Source: Pelomyxa schiedti
Lineage: Eukaryota; Protista; Evosea
Direction: 5' to 3'
Assembly: GCA_020536535.1 (NCBI GenBank)
Contig: JAHLWZ010000830.1
Span: 1 to 64,000, forward strand
DNA length: 64,000 bases
The notes under the pieces were generated by a model. The model was given only the letters and a program-made list of their open reading frames with translations. It was not told the origin of the DNA and did no database searches. Numbering within the stretch: the stretch's first letter is position 1; each line of letters opens with the position of its first letter. Both the position numbers and the translations under genes were made by a program. Shown here in pieces: positions 26,932 through 39,486 of this stretch.

Positions 26932-27171
26932 AAAGCAACCTTCTAGAATAAATTGTATAACCACGCACCAACAAAAAGAAAAAACCAAACGGGGTATTGT
27001 CTTCTTAGCTCAAACACATTGCCATTAATTTCTTTCCGTAACACTCCAAAAGAGAGTAAACAAACCACAACCAGAAAATTGGCTTCTTCTCATTGTAATA
27101 GTAAAACAGTGATCATTTGTACAACAAACACTTTGTGGGTGCTTGTAGCTCAATGGTGTGGTGGTGTGGGT

Positions 27172-30100
27172 TCATACCAGGGACTTTGTGAGGGATCCCC
27201 CAGGACTTTGAGGCTGGCTCAATGGGGAAGCTAGTGCAACAGCAGCGGGAGTCACAGGCCGCGATATTGATGAATCCCGCTCGATCCAGAAGTTGAGGTT
27301 GGAATAAAGGTTGGACTGTAGCATTTCCGCGAACTCGGGGAGCAGAAGCGGCTTCACCGCAGCAAGGAGGTCCTTGACTACGAATTCTATGAATGTCCGC
27401 TGGCTTTTCGCAACGAGCTGGTGGTCTCGGTCCATGAAAGGGCTTTTGGAAAGTCCCATTGTGTGTTCTTTGTCACCTTGGAGATAGAACTCCTGCAGTT
27501 CAGTTATATTGGGGAGAGTTGACTCATGGGATAATGCAGTACTTGACTGATGAGGTCAGTCCACCGTACACTGATATCTTCTTGCCTTGTGGGGTTGGAA
27601 ATATCAGCAAGTTTGATAAGTATTTGACAAAGCAGGAGAGCATCAGACTTATTTGGAGTGTTACCGCACATCATCTTAAGTTGAAATACCTTTTTGGTCA
27701 TGTCTAATCCTCCTCCAGCCATTTTGGCATTGAATAAACTTAAAGTTTCCACATGTCGTGTCATGCTAAACAAATACCGTTACAGAAGGAGCTGATTGGG
27801 ATGGCGTACTCTGTTGCTAGAATAGTGTGGGTGACAAGTTCATGAAATTCACGAAGTTGCTCCTAGTAAATAGTGAATTATTAAATTGAAAGAGAAAGGG
27901 TGACCTTATTCATGAAATCAAGGAGACTTGAGCCAAGAGTCAATTTGAAGGATTCAGTAATATGATAATTTTCGAGAATCTTGAAGGTTACACTGAGACA
28001 AGAAGAGAAAGGAGACTTAAGAACTCACAGAGATTCCATTGTATTGCAGAGCCAAAGGATCGAACGTTCGATAGAGAAAGTTATTACTTAAAATGAATGC
28101 AGTGTGAGTGAATTAAAAAAAGTGGGTAAGTTTGAGCACTTACTTGACCCCTGGGTGCCCGTAGTCATGAACCAACGAAGAAAATAGTAGAGAGAAAACA
28201 TATTTCACAGGCAATTCATTCTGGAGGTGAGATAATAGGGCACTGACAGCTTGAAAAACATCGACGGCATGCATGGCGGAATGATACCTAATCAGATTAC
28301 CTTACACGAAAGATGTAATCTGGGCTTACGGGTTGGCCTTGTACCTAAAAGATGTTAAAGGCAATTGTGAAGCTTAAAATGGAATCTATACCCATTTAAA
28401 ATTGAGCAAATCCAGGACCCAAATTTAGAGGCATCTATCTTATAGTATTCCAAAAGAGATTTATGCTGAAAGATGGCAAGTACGCACTGAGGGAGACTTG
28501 TTTCTTCAAAATTTGTTACATGACGAACGAAACTGAAGAGACGTACCGTCGAAGATATTATAAGACCAACTATCATACATGTTATGTGATTCAGCACTAA
28601 CCTCAGATATCAATCTTTTTATGTTTAAGAAATGGCGGGGAACACCAGGGGATACTTTAAATCAAGCCTGCTATTGGCATGAGAATCTTTCAATTTATCA
28701 CCCGCGAAATCCATTATGTACGCGTCCGTCTCTGCGTCAATCACTATTGAATTCGTTAAAAAGGGGAAATAGACAGAGAATAACACTACCAACTCCACCA
28801 GCTAATTTATGGGAAATATAATCGGGACAGTGAAGCTTGTTGGATGCAATAAGATTTGCTATTTCATCTAAGGCAAGTTTATCTTCTCTGCTGAGTTCTT
28901 TTGTGATGTTAAGCCGGAGAAAAAAACTCTATGGCTAACTTGATTCATCTCGGATAGACTGTAGCTTCTGGATCACAGCAGCAGCGGGTGTTTTCATCAG
29001 GTCTGGTGTACTCATAGGCTGTGAAAGAACTAGAACCTCCAAGTTGGTGAGAGAAAGTGAGAGAGGTGTACAAGATACCTTTCTGTGGAAATGGCGTATT
29101 ATTAGGGAAAATATAACTCCAACAAACACGAGTACCAAAATAAATGCAAAGGTAACACCAAGACCCACTTTTAGAGCTTTATTTTCTTCTGTAAGGAACT
29201 TAGAAAAGAGTCCTAGGTGTCCAAAATTCAACCTTTGTTGATTGACACAGGAACATAAATTTCCGTATTGAAACATAAATTGTATTCTGTGACTGCGTCT
29301 TTTACACCAAAGCGCAAGCCACTTGTAAAAGGAAGGTCCCCAGTGAAATAGAATTGTATGACAACACTAGAACTCTGTGACAGTACTGTGCTATTGCCAG
29401 TTGCGTTGGCTGAAAATAGAACATAAGGAATGGAAAGAAATTTGAAGGGCAAATACAGGTGAGAAAGGAAAGTTGCTCTGGGTAAAATAGAATGACTGGA
29501 ACAAGGCCATCATTAACTAGGAGAATAGTGAAAACCACTCGAGAGTCAGATGCTTTGATTAGTACGGAAGACGGCTCTACAGAAAAGCTAGCACCTTATT
29601 TTCAAAGTGTTACACAAAAATCGAGACTAGGAATGAATATGAGGAGACAATACTTGAAATGATATTTTCTTGGGGTGAGGCAATTGACAGTACCCAAGGT
29701 AAATCTTCAAGTGCTTGATACGTGAATATCCAAGGCTTTTGATAAAGGGTTAGGGTCGTGAACCCTTTGCCAGACTGGAAAGAAGAAACGAACTGCTAAA
29801 AATGAGAATTTCATAGAATAAAAGGATGAGACATTAGAAAAATCCGCAGTCGATGAATTAAGGCAAATACTATCTTTAGTATTTTTCGTGAAGTTTTCAC
29901 CAAAAAGAGTGGTATAGGCAAAGGATGGAGCAGTTATGAGGCAACCCTTTTTTGACAAAAGCATACCAAACCCTGATTTGTTAAGAATAAAACGTTAAAG
30001 TAGATTAAAAACGCATCATGGCAACCTCCAGGAGTAATAGTCTCTTCAGTGAGGAAGTTATTGGTTTTGTCAATTGAAATTCCAGCTGCCACTCCTCCAA

Positions 30101-31299
30101 GAAGTTGATCATTTCGACCATATAGCGGCTGGATAACTTGAACCATCATTTCTGGATGTCAGATTAAACATAGACAGACTGAATTTCGCGTGATACCCAC
30201 CCCACTGGGGATAATACGGATCACTCCAGAGAGGTTTTCTGGTGGGGTTTGTCTCTGGAGATACAAAGAAAGGATCCAGTGTCTGCTGATTTGGCTCATC
30301 CATGACATCAATAATTGTCATATTTCGGGCACGGAATGGTCCATATGGGCAAAGTATTCCTCTGTGCCAATGGTTGTAAAATTGGTATTCCGTAATGAAA
30401 ACCGCATACTGGACTGAAGAATTCGATAATATAACCCAGAATCTGGTTATTGCACCGATGGAAACATCAAATTGAGGGGCAATAGAACTCATAATCTGGG
30501 AATCCCACATGAGTCTTGAAACCAAGCAAAACGTGTCACAAGGAATTCCAAGTGTCTGATCTATAGAGAAACATTGAGAAAAGGGAGTTACGTCCACACT
30601 TTTCCATACTGGAATAGTATTTGTTTAAAAATTGTAACCAATAGGGGTTACAGGAGCAGTTTGCAGTTCTGTCTACTGGTTGGGTTATATAAGGCGGAAC
30701 CCATGCCTAGAGTGCCACATAAGTGAAAGGAACTGTACTGAAGAAGACTCACCTCTGATATACGACTATAATGGGGATCATAGAATCCTCCTGAAAAAAT
30801 CCCAGGTGCTGGTACCAGGCCCTCCCATGCAGCTTGTTTCTGCCCCTCCAACCCCAAAGCATCCTTATCTCTATTCTTCAGCAAAAATGTCAGTCCCTCC
30901 AACATCTTTTTTTTTTTTTTTTGTTCAAGGTTAGAGCCCAAAACGTTGAACCACAGAAGAAGAAAAGAAGTACATAAATAATAAAAACCCACTTTTCCAC
31001 AATAAAGATAGAGGAAGTGAATTCACAGAAACCTTCTGCACAGTGATGTAATTGTCACTGAGTTCCACAGCCACAGTATCGCTTAGAGCTAAAATTCCCT
31101 CCAATGTACACACACTCCACTCATTCACTTGTGCATTGGCTCCATAGGCCAATCCACTACCAGCCCCATAATTGCCGTTGCTGCCGGTGCTGCCGAGAAC
31201 AACGACACCCAAAACGAGTGCGACTAGAACGAGCTTGCGTAATGATACAACATAAATACAGCGGCGGCAGGGACCACCGAAGGAGCCACCAGGTTGCAT
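27172..31299 (-). CDS. Membrane-anchored class I cyclic-nucleotide phosphodiesterase with extracellular Cache-like domain
   Basis: TM1 LVLVALVLGVVVLG; Cache-like KPLWSDPYY and QVIQPLY...GGVAAGISIDKTNNFL; TM2 VGLGVTFAFILVLVFVGVIFSLII; PDE motifs YHSAMHAVDV, HDYGHPG, LADISN, KSQRTF. Confidence 0.88.
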
Positions 31300-31717
31300 T
31301 CTTTTTTTTCTTCCGTTCTTTTCCGTTGTTGTTTGCTGTTTGTTGGATTGGAGCGAATCGGCCAATTTGGTTGTACACAGATGTTAGGGGAAGTAACTGT
31401 TTTCGGGTTAATCGATGGCTCTTCCTCTTGTGGAAGTGTTGAAGTGAAGCGACATCATTTTGTTTCTCCGCCGTCAGATAACTTTGGGAAAGCCCACAGG
31501 CCAATTTGGGTGCCGGGAGCAGGCAACAGAAAAAGGAACCCGTTACAATGAGCCGAAGTATGGGGATTGTCCTTCCTGCTCCCCTGGTCGGTGATGCCCC
31601 AGACTGCAATGCTGTAGGTTGTCATATGATAGGTTGTGGTGATGTGGGAACAGTAAGTATCTCTAAGGAACAACTGCTGTGCCCTACCACCAATCAATAT
31701 ATTTGGTCTTCGACGAA

Positions 31718-34610
31718 ATGCTTGCTGCTGAGCAGGTGGCAGTGCCACCCCCAGTGCAGTTGCCATTGACGCCACCCACAGTTGTTGCAACTGCCACTCC
31801 AACGAGCGACGCACAAGCGCGCTCCGACGGAGCCACTGCCTACGGCGGGAACGACGACGGACCAGCAGCAACAGAGGAGCGCCCGTCCGACAACCAACGC
31901 GACGAGTTGCGGCAGTCCACGGGGCCGCCAGCGCCGCCGACCCCGATGCTTCTCGCGGCGCATTCTGAGCAGTCGCAGTACGCCGACGCGGCGCCGCAGA
32001 TCGAGGCCGAGGGCGACGCAGCGGTGGCGGCTCGGCCGGAGGAGCTGGTGCCTGAAGGGGAGGTTCCAGCGGTGAACGGCGATGATGGGACGAATGTCGG
32101 TGGTGCGGACAGTCTGTACCCGCAACGTGAAGACGGTGACAATGATAATGATAATGTCAATGACAATGACAATGGCAGTGCGAGTGACAGTAACGCGGGG
32201 AGCATTATGGGACAGCTCGAGGTGGGGCAGGCTGAGGAGGAGGAGGACGACTACGACAACATCGTGGTCTACGACGACGACCCGGGGGCATCACTCATCA
32301 CCCCCGCGGCGCACAGCATACCCGCAATAATCCAAAAGACCGCATTATGGGAATCGCTGGACCTCGACCGCAGCGAAAGCGCAAAGTCGAGGGAAGAAAG
32401 CACATCCCGGGGCCGAATTTTTTGGAAGCAAACTGTTCTCAGGTGGGGGTGTGTTGTTCTCATAGCATTGGTTACGGCTGCTGTTTCATTTGCTCTGGAT
32501 ACAGGCTCGGGATGGCTGCGCAAATTAACAATGGAAATCCTCGCCAGAATCGGTGATGGGTCAACAAAGCAGCGGATTGGCTGTGGATTGGTCTATGTTG
32601 TGTTTGGAATCACCTACATTGGGGTCGCGGGTGTGATAGTGTTGCTGTTTGACCCGACGATGCGGGGTGCTACCTCTGATGCTCTGTGCTACCTCAACGG
32701 CATCGTCGTGGAGAACACACTCAAGGTTAAGAAGCTGGTTGCACACAGTGTCGCCCTTCTGTTTGTCACAGCAAGTCCAATGTGTGTGGGAAAACAAGAC
32801 CCGTCACTGGCAATAGGGGCCCAGATAGGATACGCATCCAGCAAAATTGGGAGTTTCCACAACTTCTTTGATGAATATGACGTTCGGGATATGGTGAGCC
32901 CTCATCAATTTCTTCTCCCGTCTCTTTACACTCTTATTCTTTCTTAATAGCTTCTCGCAGGTAAGTATTGGGCTTGGAGCAGGAGTGGCAACTTCATTTG
33001 GTGCCCCAGCTGGGGCCGTGCTCTTCACTCTTGAAAACGGATTTCACTTTACAACAACCCTATTGCAACAGCTGCTATTATGCTGCATGCTTGCTTGTTT
33101 TGCCCTCAGCTTTTTACTTTCTGGTCACAAAGGAGGTCAGTTCTTAACGCTTAAAGACTATTTACAGACCCACACATAGATGAATGGGGTGCTTTTACAA
33201 TGGACAGTCTTTGTCACTTCGGTCAGTTCACAAATTCAATATTCAACATCAAGCAATTGATTGCTTTTATGCTGATGGGTATCGTTGGGGGACTCCTTGG
33301 GGCCCTATTCAATTTTCTGCACTTGTTGACAATAAGATTCCGCAGAACTATTTTTAAGACCCCAAGAAAGAAGTTTTTCGAAATACTAGTTATCACATTG
33401 ATGACAGGAATTATTGCTGTAGTAATGTCCTCCACGTGTGTTCGATTCCATCCCGATTACATTCTAAGATATCTCCAGGTTGTCAAATTGCGTTGAGTTG
33501 TCGTCCGAGTCTGAAGTTCCTGATGCCAACAATGTTGAACTTCAAACTATATTTTGCCCAACAGGGTACTACAATCAGATGGCGACTATGTTCATGAACA
33601 GCCAAGAGTCTGCTCTTCACTTTCTTCTTCACGAGAAGGAAGTAGTTGACAAAGGCTTACTGGCAGCATTTGCAGTCACTTATCTGGCACTGAGTGTCTA
33701 CAGCATTGGCAGTGGAGTACCAAGTGGTTATTTCATGCCAACACTGCTACTTGGAGCTACAGTTGGAAGGTTAGTGGGCGAGATGGCCAAAACATCCCTA
33801 TCGAAACTGGATATAGACCCCGGCATTATGGCATACATCGGGTCTGCAGCTGTCTTTGGTGGAGTCAGCAGAATGACAATATCTCTGGCAGTTATACTCA
33901 GCGAAGCAGTAAACCAAGCCACGTGGTCCCTCTTCCTCGCCATAGCACTTATAATATCCCGTTGGATAGGAGATATGTTCAACCCCGGAATCGCCGCCAT
34001 GGACTTCAAACTCACAGGACATCCAGTACTTCCCTGGAGTGCACCGCGGATGCTATACCGATACAGTGTAACTGATGCCATGCACTCTCCGGTTGTATCA
34101 CTACCAAAGAGGGTCACTCCTCACCAAGTTCAGAGAATTCTGGACACGACAACACACAATGGATTCGCCGTAGTAGGCGATTGGAGAATAGAGGACATCG
34201 AGAAGGGAATGACACAGCCACTGTGCGGTGTAATCACCCGAAAACAACTGGATTCACTCCTCAGAGCCCATCAATCACAATCACAGGAGTACATTGGCGA
34301 AGAAGCCGGCGACCAAGGCGACCCTGAACTTAGACAGTCAAATGACGGCATGATTGACCTGGAACCTCATGCCAGGCACGTGATAACTGTGCCCAGCAGC
34401 GTGAGCTGTGCAAGAGCATTCAACATTTTCCGCAGCCTTGGGCTCAGGCACTTGATTGTTGTGGATGGGCACAGCCGGCCTGTGGGAATGATAACAAGAA
34501 AGGACTTGTTCTCCATCCACAGGGTTTTGGTCGCAAGAGAAAAACGGCTGCAGCACACATCAGTGAGTTCACGCATAAGGGCTGCACTATATGGAAGTAC
34601 TGTGCACTAA
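31718..34610 (+). CDS. CLC-family chloride channel/transporter homologue with two CBS domains; signature residues degenerate
   Basis: CYLNG, GAGVATSFGAPAGAVLFTLE, GIVGGLLGALFN, SGYFMP, AAVFGGVSRMTIS, CBS1 HNGFAVV and CBS2 LGLRHLIVVD. The start could be upstream, near 31548. Confidence 0.92.
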
Positions 34611-34999
34611 CACTAAAAATCTGGCTGGTTCCAGGTTGTTCTCTTATTATGAAAGCGAGAAAAAAAAAGGAACCATCAGACTTCCAGAAAAACGAAAAGG
34701 GAGAAACCGTTACGGTTACGGCCATTGTGGGTGGACGAGGGAGAGTCATTGACCAATCTAGATTGTTTGTCTCCGAGATAATCAGCACCCAAGTTGTTGT
34801 TTTGGTTTTGTGGGATCCACAACCAACACACGACAAGTCACTGTGACTAGTTGTTTTCACTCTGTGGCTTTCTTGTTTTCCAGAAAAAGTTCAGTGTCCA
34901 AAATGGCTTTCCGGCCGACATGCACTCACGATCAGGTTTTGGTTTCGGTGCCCGTGACAGATGGAAGCCCCGGTATGCTGCCCTATTTATGTCACCAAT

Positions 35000-35905
35000 A
35001 AGTGCCTGCTAGGATCCCTTAGGTAGCGCTCCAATCCTGAGACAAGGTCTACTCGGTGTCATGTCACTGATGATTTGAAATGATCTTCTCATCAGTGAGG
35101 ATTGTGAAGAATTGTAGAACCCTCAGAGGTGACAAGGGATTATTGTCTCCTCGATTTTCGAATTGTCTGGCTCCAAGGTTCTGTGACTCAAATATTACTT
35201 CGGCTGTCACACAAGTCACTGTACAGTGGAGCGAATGGAAACTAAGCTACTGTTCGGTTCAAATAACTCGCTTCAACCAACGATATATTCACTTTTGTGA
35301 AGGTGATACTGTACAATCTCTTCCGTCTCGACTCGACACCAATCGAGTGACATTGCAAAGTGTTGGAATACACTTCAAGCATTTTTTTAATCTGTGTCAG
35401 ATTCCCTTTTTTTTTTGATTAACGTGGTGCCGCCCGGCGCTCAGATGGTATCATGCCGTCACAGAGTCTGATCAAGTGTGGCAGCCGTCTTGTTACATGC
35501 TGGAAGTTTCATATCATCGATTTTCAAGTCTTTTTGGATTTAAATGCTTCGTGATTAACACGGTTTGTGGGCTACGCTTTTCCACCTTCCATTAGGACCT
35601 CCCGAAAACAACTGTGAATTGAATCAGTGAAAACAAACATAAGTTACAAGATATACCTGTAGAAAGCCAGGCGCAGTTACAAGTTGAGATTGGGGATGAA
35701 GTCATTGCTCCCAATTAATTCAAGGTTGTTACTATGTTCCGCAAATATCCCACTGAATAACTTTGAACACACAGCTGCACAAAAAGGTCAAACAACGCAA
35801 TACACGAAGATTCCATACCACAAAGCACAAAGAAAAATCTCCAAAGAATGGCAATTCGTCACATAGGTGGATTTTGGCACGGAATACGCTGCCACCAAGC
35901 CCTGC
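35000..35905 (-). pseudogene. Possible decayed protein-kinase gene
   Basis: Fragments GLGGSVFRAK (Gly-loop-like), HLHKSEYIVG and YLSHRTLEPDNSKI (HRDLKPDN-like) occur in the expected order, with several in-frame stops. Confidence 0.25.
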
Positions 35906-36172
35906 ATAGAGGAAGAAATCAACCATAAACAAACACAAATTTTGCAGCAAATACCACGGGTAAAATATGGCGGAATAAAATAATCAACAGACCGGAACGC
36001 TGTACTTTTCGTTATCGTCGCTCAGGATCGGTGGTCTGGTGTTTTTTTTAATCAGCCATATTATGAAACGATACGCGAAGTCCATAACACGAAATCAAAC
36101 GGCCCAAAAACGATGGGAAGGTCAAAAAGTAACGGTTCAACTGTCACTACACCCACGGCGAAAAGTCAACTG

Positions 36173-36257
36173 CATCATAACAGTGTTAGGGGAAGAAAGG
36201 GAGGAAGAAGGAAAACAACCCCATGATCCATCATGAAATCGACTTCGAATTTTCCGC
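36173..36257. repeat. 85-bp direct repeat, copy A
   Basis: 84/85 identical to 36559-36643. Confidence 0.95.
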
Positions 36258-36558
36258 ACTTGTAGTAGTAGTAGTACCTAGTACCTGCATCATGACGGAA
36301 CAACTTAACAACAACATGACTTGGCTTCTTTTCCGGTTTGTTAAATCACAATCTCATATTATTAATAATAACCATGACGGGGAGAGGGGAGGGTATAGTG
36401 TAAACATAACAACTCAAATACCATCATAACTGGCACAAAATCCATACCCATTCACACCAGATCGCCAGAGAGTATAAATAAAACAAACCATAAGTCAACT
36501 GCACCTGCAAATTCAATCACGCTTATAAATGTAATGTAATTAAAACAACCATGACTGA

Positions 36559-36643
36559 CATCATAACAGTGTTAGGGGAAGAAAGGGAGGAAGAAGGAAA
36601 ACAACCCCATGATCCATCATGAAATCGACTTCGCATTTTCCGC
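36559..36643. repeat. 85-bp direct repeat, copy B
   Basis: 84/85 identical to 36173-36257; period 386 bp. Confidence 0.95.
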
Positions 36644-37753
36644 TTCCCTTTTGCACATTAATTACGGTGGTAAACACCTTTTTACCTTTATTTCTTTTGT
36701 AGTGCCTCCTTTGTGTGCTCTTTTGCTTATTCACGTGGCCACAAAACAAAAGAAAAAAGGGAAAACGAAGGTGGTCTTTTGTCGTTGTTTGTTTGGTTGT
36801 TTTTTCTTAGTTGTAGGAACCCAGTCGATGGTCTTGTTTTTTTTAAAAAAAATGCCGAAATGGTTCATAAATTTGCCTCCTAGCAAAAACAATACGATTT
36901 TATGCAACTGCGGCCAGATCTGTCTTTTAGAATTTTAGAACTTCAGCTCGCAGTGGTCTGAACAGAGGAAAAGTTTTGGCTGGGGTGTTTGGTGCTGGCA
37001 GCCCTCTTTCATTTGCCATGCCCATTCATTGAGAGAGTGTTATGATTGATGAATGGATACCCTAAATCCATATGATCGCAGTGTATCGATGTAGCTGCAC
37101 CCAAAAAAGCAGCATCCACACCAGACAGGATATTGACGAGTTCATCAATCTTTGAGTTGAGCAAAAAACAGTTGAATGGGATGTTTTTGGTGTCTATGTT
37201 TTTCCACCAATATTCTTGGGATGCATGGAAAGATTTCAATCATGAATTCGATAATACACTGAATGAGACAACAGACAGAACACGCGAACAGTGGAGTGCC
37301 TTTCTGAAAGGAATGGTGTATTTAGCATGCATTTAACACACTGACAAAAGCTGTAATCACCTTCCAGGTCATCTGGTTCCAGGTGATACTGCTTGAACTG
37401 GGAGAGACGGGAACATAAAGCACTCCCAACTTAAGATTCATTAAGAATGTAGCCTAGCAGCTATTCTCCAGGAAGCCCACAAAAAAAAGTTGTGTGCTTG
37501 TAAAAATATGCGCCAGTACTTCCACTTTTGTGCGATTATTGTTCAACAGTAAACTTTCACCACCCATAGCCGACAAACCCACACTCTTCCAAACAACAAA
37601 ATCGAATACAGGTCCCCTTCAGTGATTGCCCTCGACGGTCAAGTTAAAGGCCCATCACTGTGGTTGATCCTTTGTTCCATTAACCCATCACGTTCCCGAA
37701 CCGTTGTTTCGTTGCATGTCTTTTTCTTCAGATTTCATCCAAGTCAAAGAAAG

Positions 37754-38002
37754 TCGTTGTGGGTGCCGGTACAAGAGCGGTCGTGCACCCGCCGATTAAT
37801 ATGATGACGATTGCACGTGTAATCGCGTGTTCCCACCACGATTATGGGAGGTGGTGCACACATGTCCCGCCGCTCTCACTACGAACAGAATGGGATGGAC
37901 GGGCATCGGGGGAAACAAAAACCAACTCGGCAGGGGGGGTGGAGGAATTCAGTGATGGGATGGGGGCCCCTCGACGTTCGGGGCCGAGGGACATGACACT
38001 GA
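37754..38002 (+). ncRNA. Candidate structured non-coding RNA
   Basis: Nested helices: 37754-61/37877-84, 37774-80/37870-76, 37783-93/37850-59, hairpins 37808-25 and 37831-49, plus an 8-bp long-range pair 37861-68/37988-95. ATGATGA at 37801 and CTGA at 37999. Confidence 0.35.
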
Positions 38003-38110
38003 CAAAACATATATGCGTGGCACATTCTCTGAAGTAAATGGCAACGTGCAGACAAAATTTTCCCCAAATGCAAAACAACAAAAGAAAAAACCCAAGGCAA
38101 CAAGGAGGAG

Positions 38111-39486
38111 ATGAACGCCACACTGGAACGAAGAACAAGAGTAGATCCCCGCGCTGTTTACGTATATGGTCTCCACAGGGACACGACAAAAGAGCAAGTC
38201 TCGAACGCGTTACAATGCTTGGGAACCGTAGATAGTTTGGGCAACATATCTGTGTACGTGGTTTATTTGATTTTGTCTCCTATCATGCACTGCATTGCGC
38301 CGCTTTTTGCAGTGGATTTCGCTTTTTCTCATTTCACACAACGAGATATAACTTACTGTACTTTAACCAAACACCACACAGACCGTTCCTCGTGACCACT
38401 CCAAAGCGTTCCTGCCAAGGGCATGGGCAGGTAGCGTACTGCTGGGCGTATTACAATACCCCCTTGGAGGCTGCTCACGCAATCAATATGGGGAAGTTCA
38501 CGTACCGCATATCTCCGCTTACGGGGGGATCTAGGTCGTGGGAGGCTTATATTCGAGCTCCCTTTGCAGAACATTTCGATAGTTGTCCAAATGCGGGTGC
38601 AGTTCCCAACCCGCAACCGGCACCACTACAGGCGTCTCACCGTCCCTTGAGCCAGCCGGTTCCTCCCACCTTCTCCAATACACCACCACCCTTCTTTACT
38701 GCGTTCCATCCTCATCCTCCTCCACTGTTCCCTGGGTTCTTCCCTCCTCAACCACCCGCATTTCATGGGCCCTTACCTCAATTCCCATTTGCATCTGCCA
38801 CATTCCCGCAGCAGCCTCCACCCAATAACTTCGCATTCTTCACTCCTGCGTGTGCTGGCATAGTTCCACCACATCCGCCTTCTCCAGCCCAACCCAGTTC
38901 ATCTTCCACAGCACAGTGTGCATCCTTCGTACCTTCCACACCAGTTACTCCTCCTGTTGCTCCGTTTGTGTTCGCTCAATCATGTGCATCGCCCTCATTC
39001 CCCGCTGCAATGTCTTCAACCTCGTCATCTTGTTCCGCAGCTACATATGCAGATGCCGCGTCAACCACGCCTCTGTCTGACCCTCCTTCTACTCAGCCGC
39101 CTAATGTAACAGCCGCGGCTACGGCTACGTCTACATCTCCGGCTCCCACTGTTGTTTTGGAAGAGCAAGAAGAAGATGAGGAACACAATGACCAGCAGTA
39201 CGAAAGGAGCCGTGATGATGACCACGAGCAGGAGTATAATGATGATAACGCCGAGAATGAGGATGAGGACTCCGACGAGCAGCAGTTCATTGTAACTCGT
39301 GGCCAGTTGTTACAAGAATGGCAATATTTCTTTGAAGCTGGACGTGCCACTCAATCTGCCATGAACACGGGCCTTTTTGAAAATAGACCTGAGTGGGGGA
39401 AGTTCAGGGTGGCTGAGACTGAGGAAGTAGTATTGAGCCAGGGAACCTCCACTACCACCTCCCACAAGATGGACGAAATAGACTAA
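38111..39486 (+). CDS. RRM-containing protein with Pro-rich and acidic low-complexity regions, 2 exons
   Basis: RAVYVYGLHRDTTKEQV (RNP2-like), phase-2 GTACGT..ACAG intron, YCWAYYNTPLEAAHAI (RNP1-like), then P/F-rich, S/T-rich and D/E-rich tracts. Confidence 0.75.

Noticed and set aside
36173-36643. CRISPR-like or LTR interpretation of the direct repeat; twister ribozyme resemblance (CCTAACACTG on the minus strand)
   Set aside because: Only two copies, 85 bp long, in a eukaryote with no cas genes. No TG..CA ends, PBS/PPT or coding interior. The twister P4/loop consensus is absent.
36940-37440. Protein-like fragments on the + strand (e.g. WDAWKDFNHEFDNTLNE)
   Set aside because: No start or coherent exon chain and stops in the alternative frames; possibly a relic, but too weak to call.
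37783-37860. tRNA or hammerhead reading of the structured element
   Set aside because: A 7-bp acceptor-like stem exists, but there is no TTC T-loop, D-arm or 7-nt anticodon loop. The hammerhead core needs CTGATGA...GAAA; here it is ATGATGA with no GAAA.
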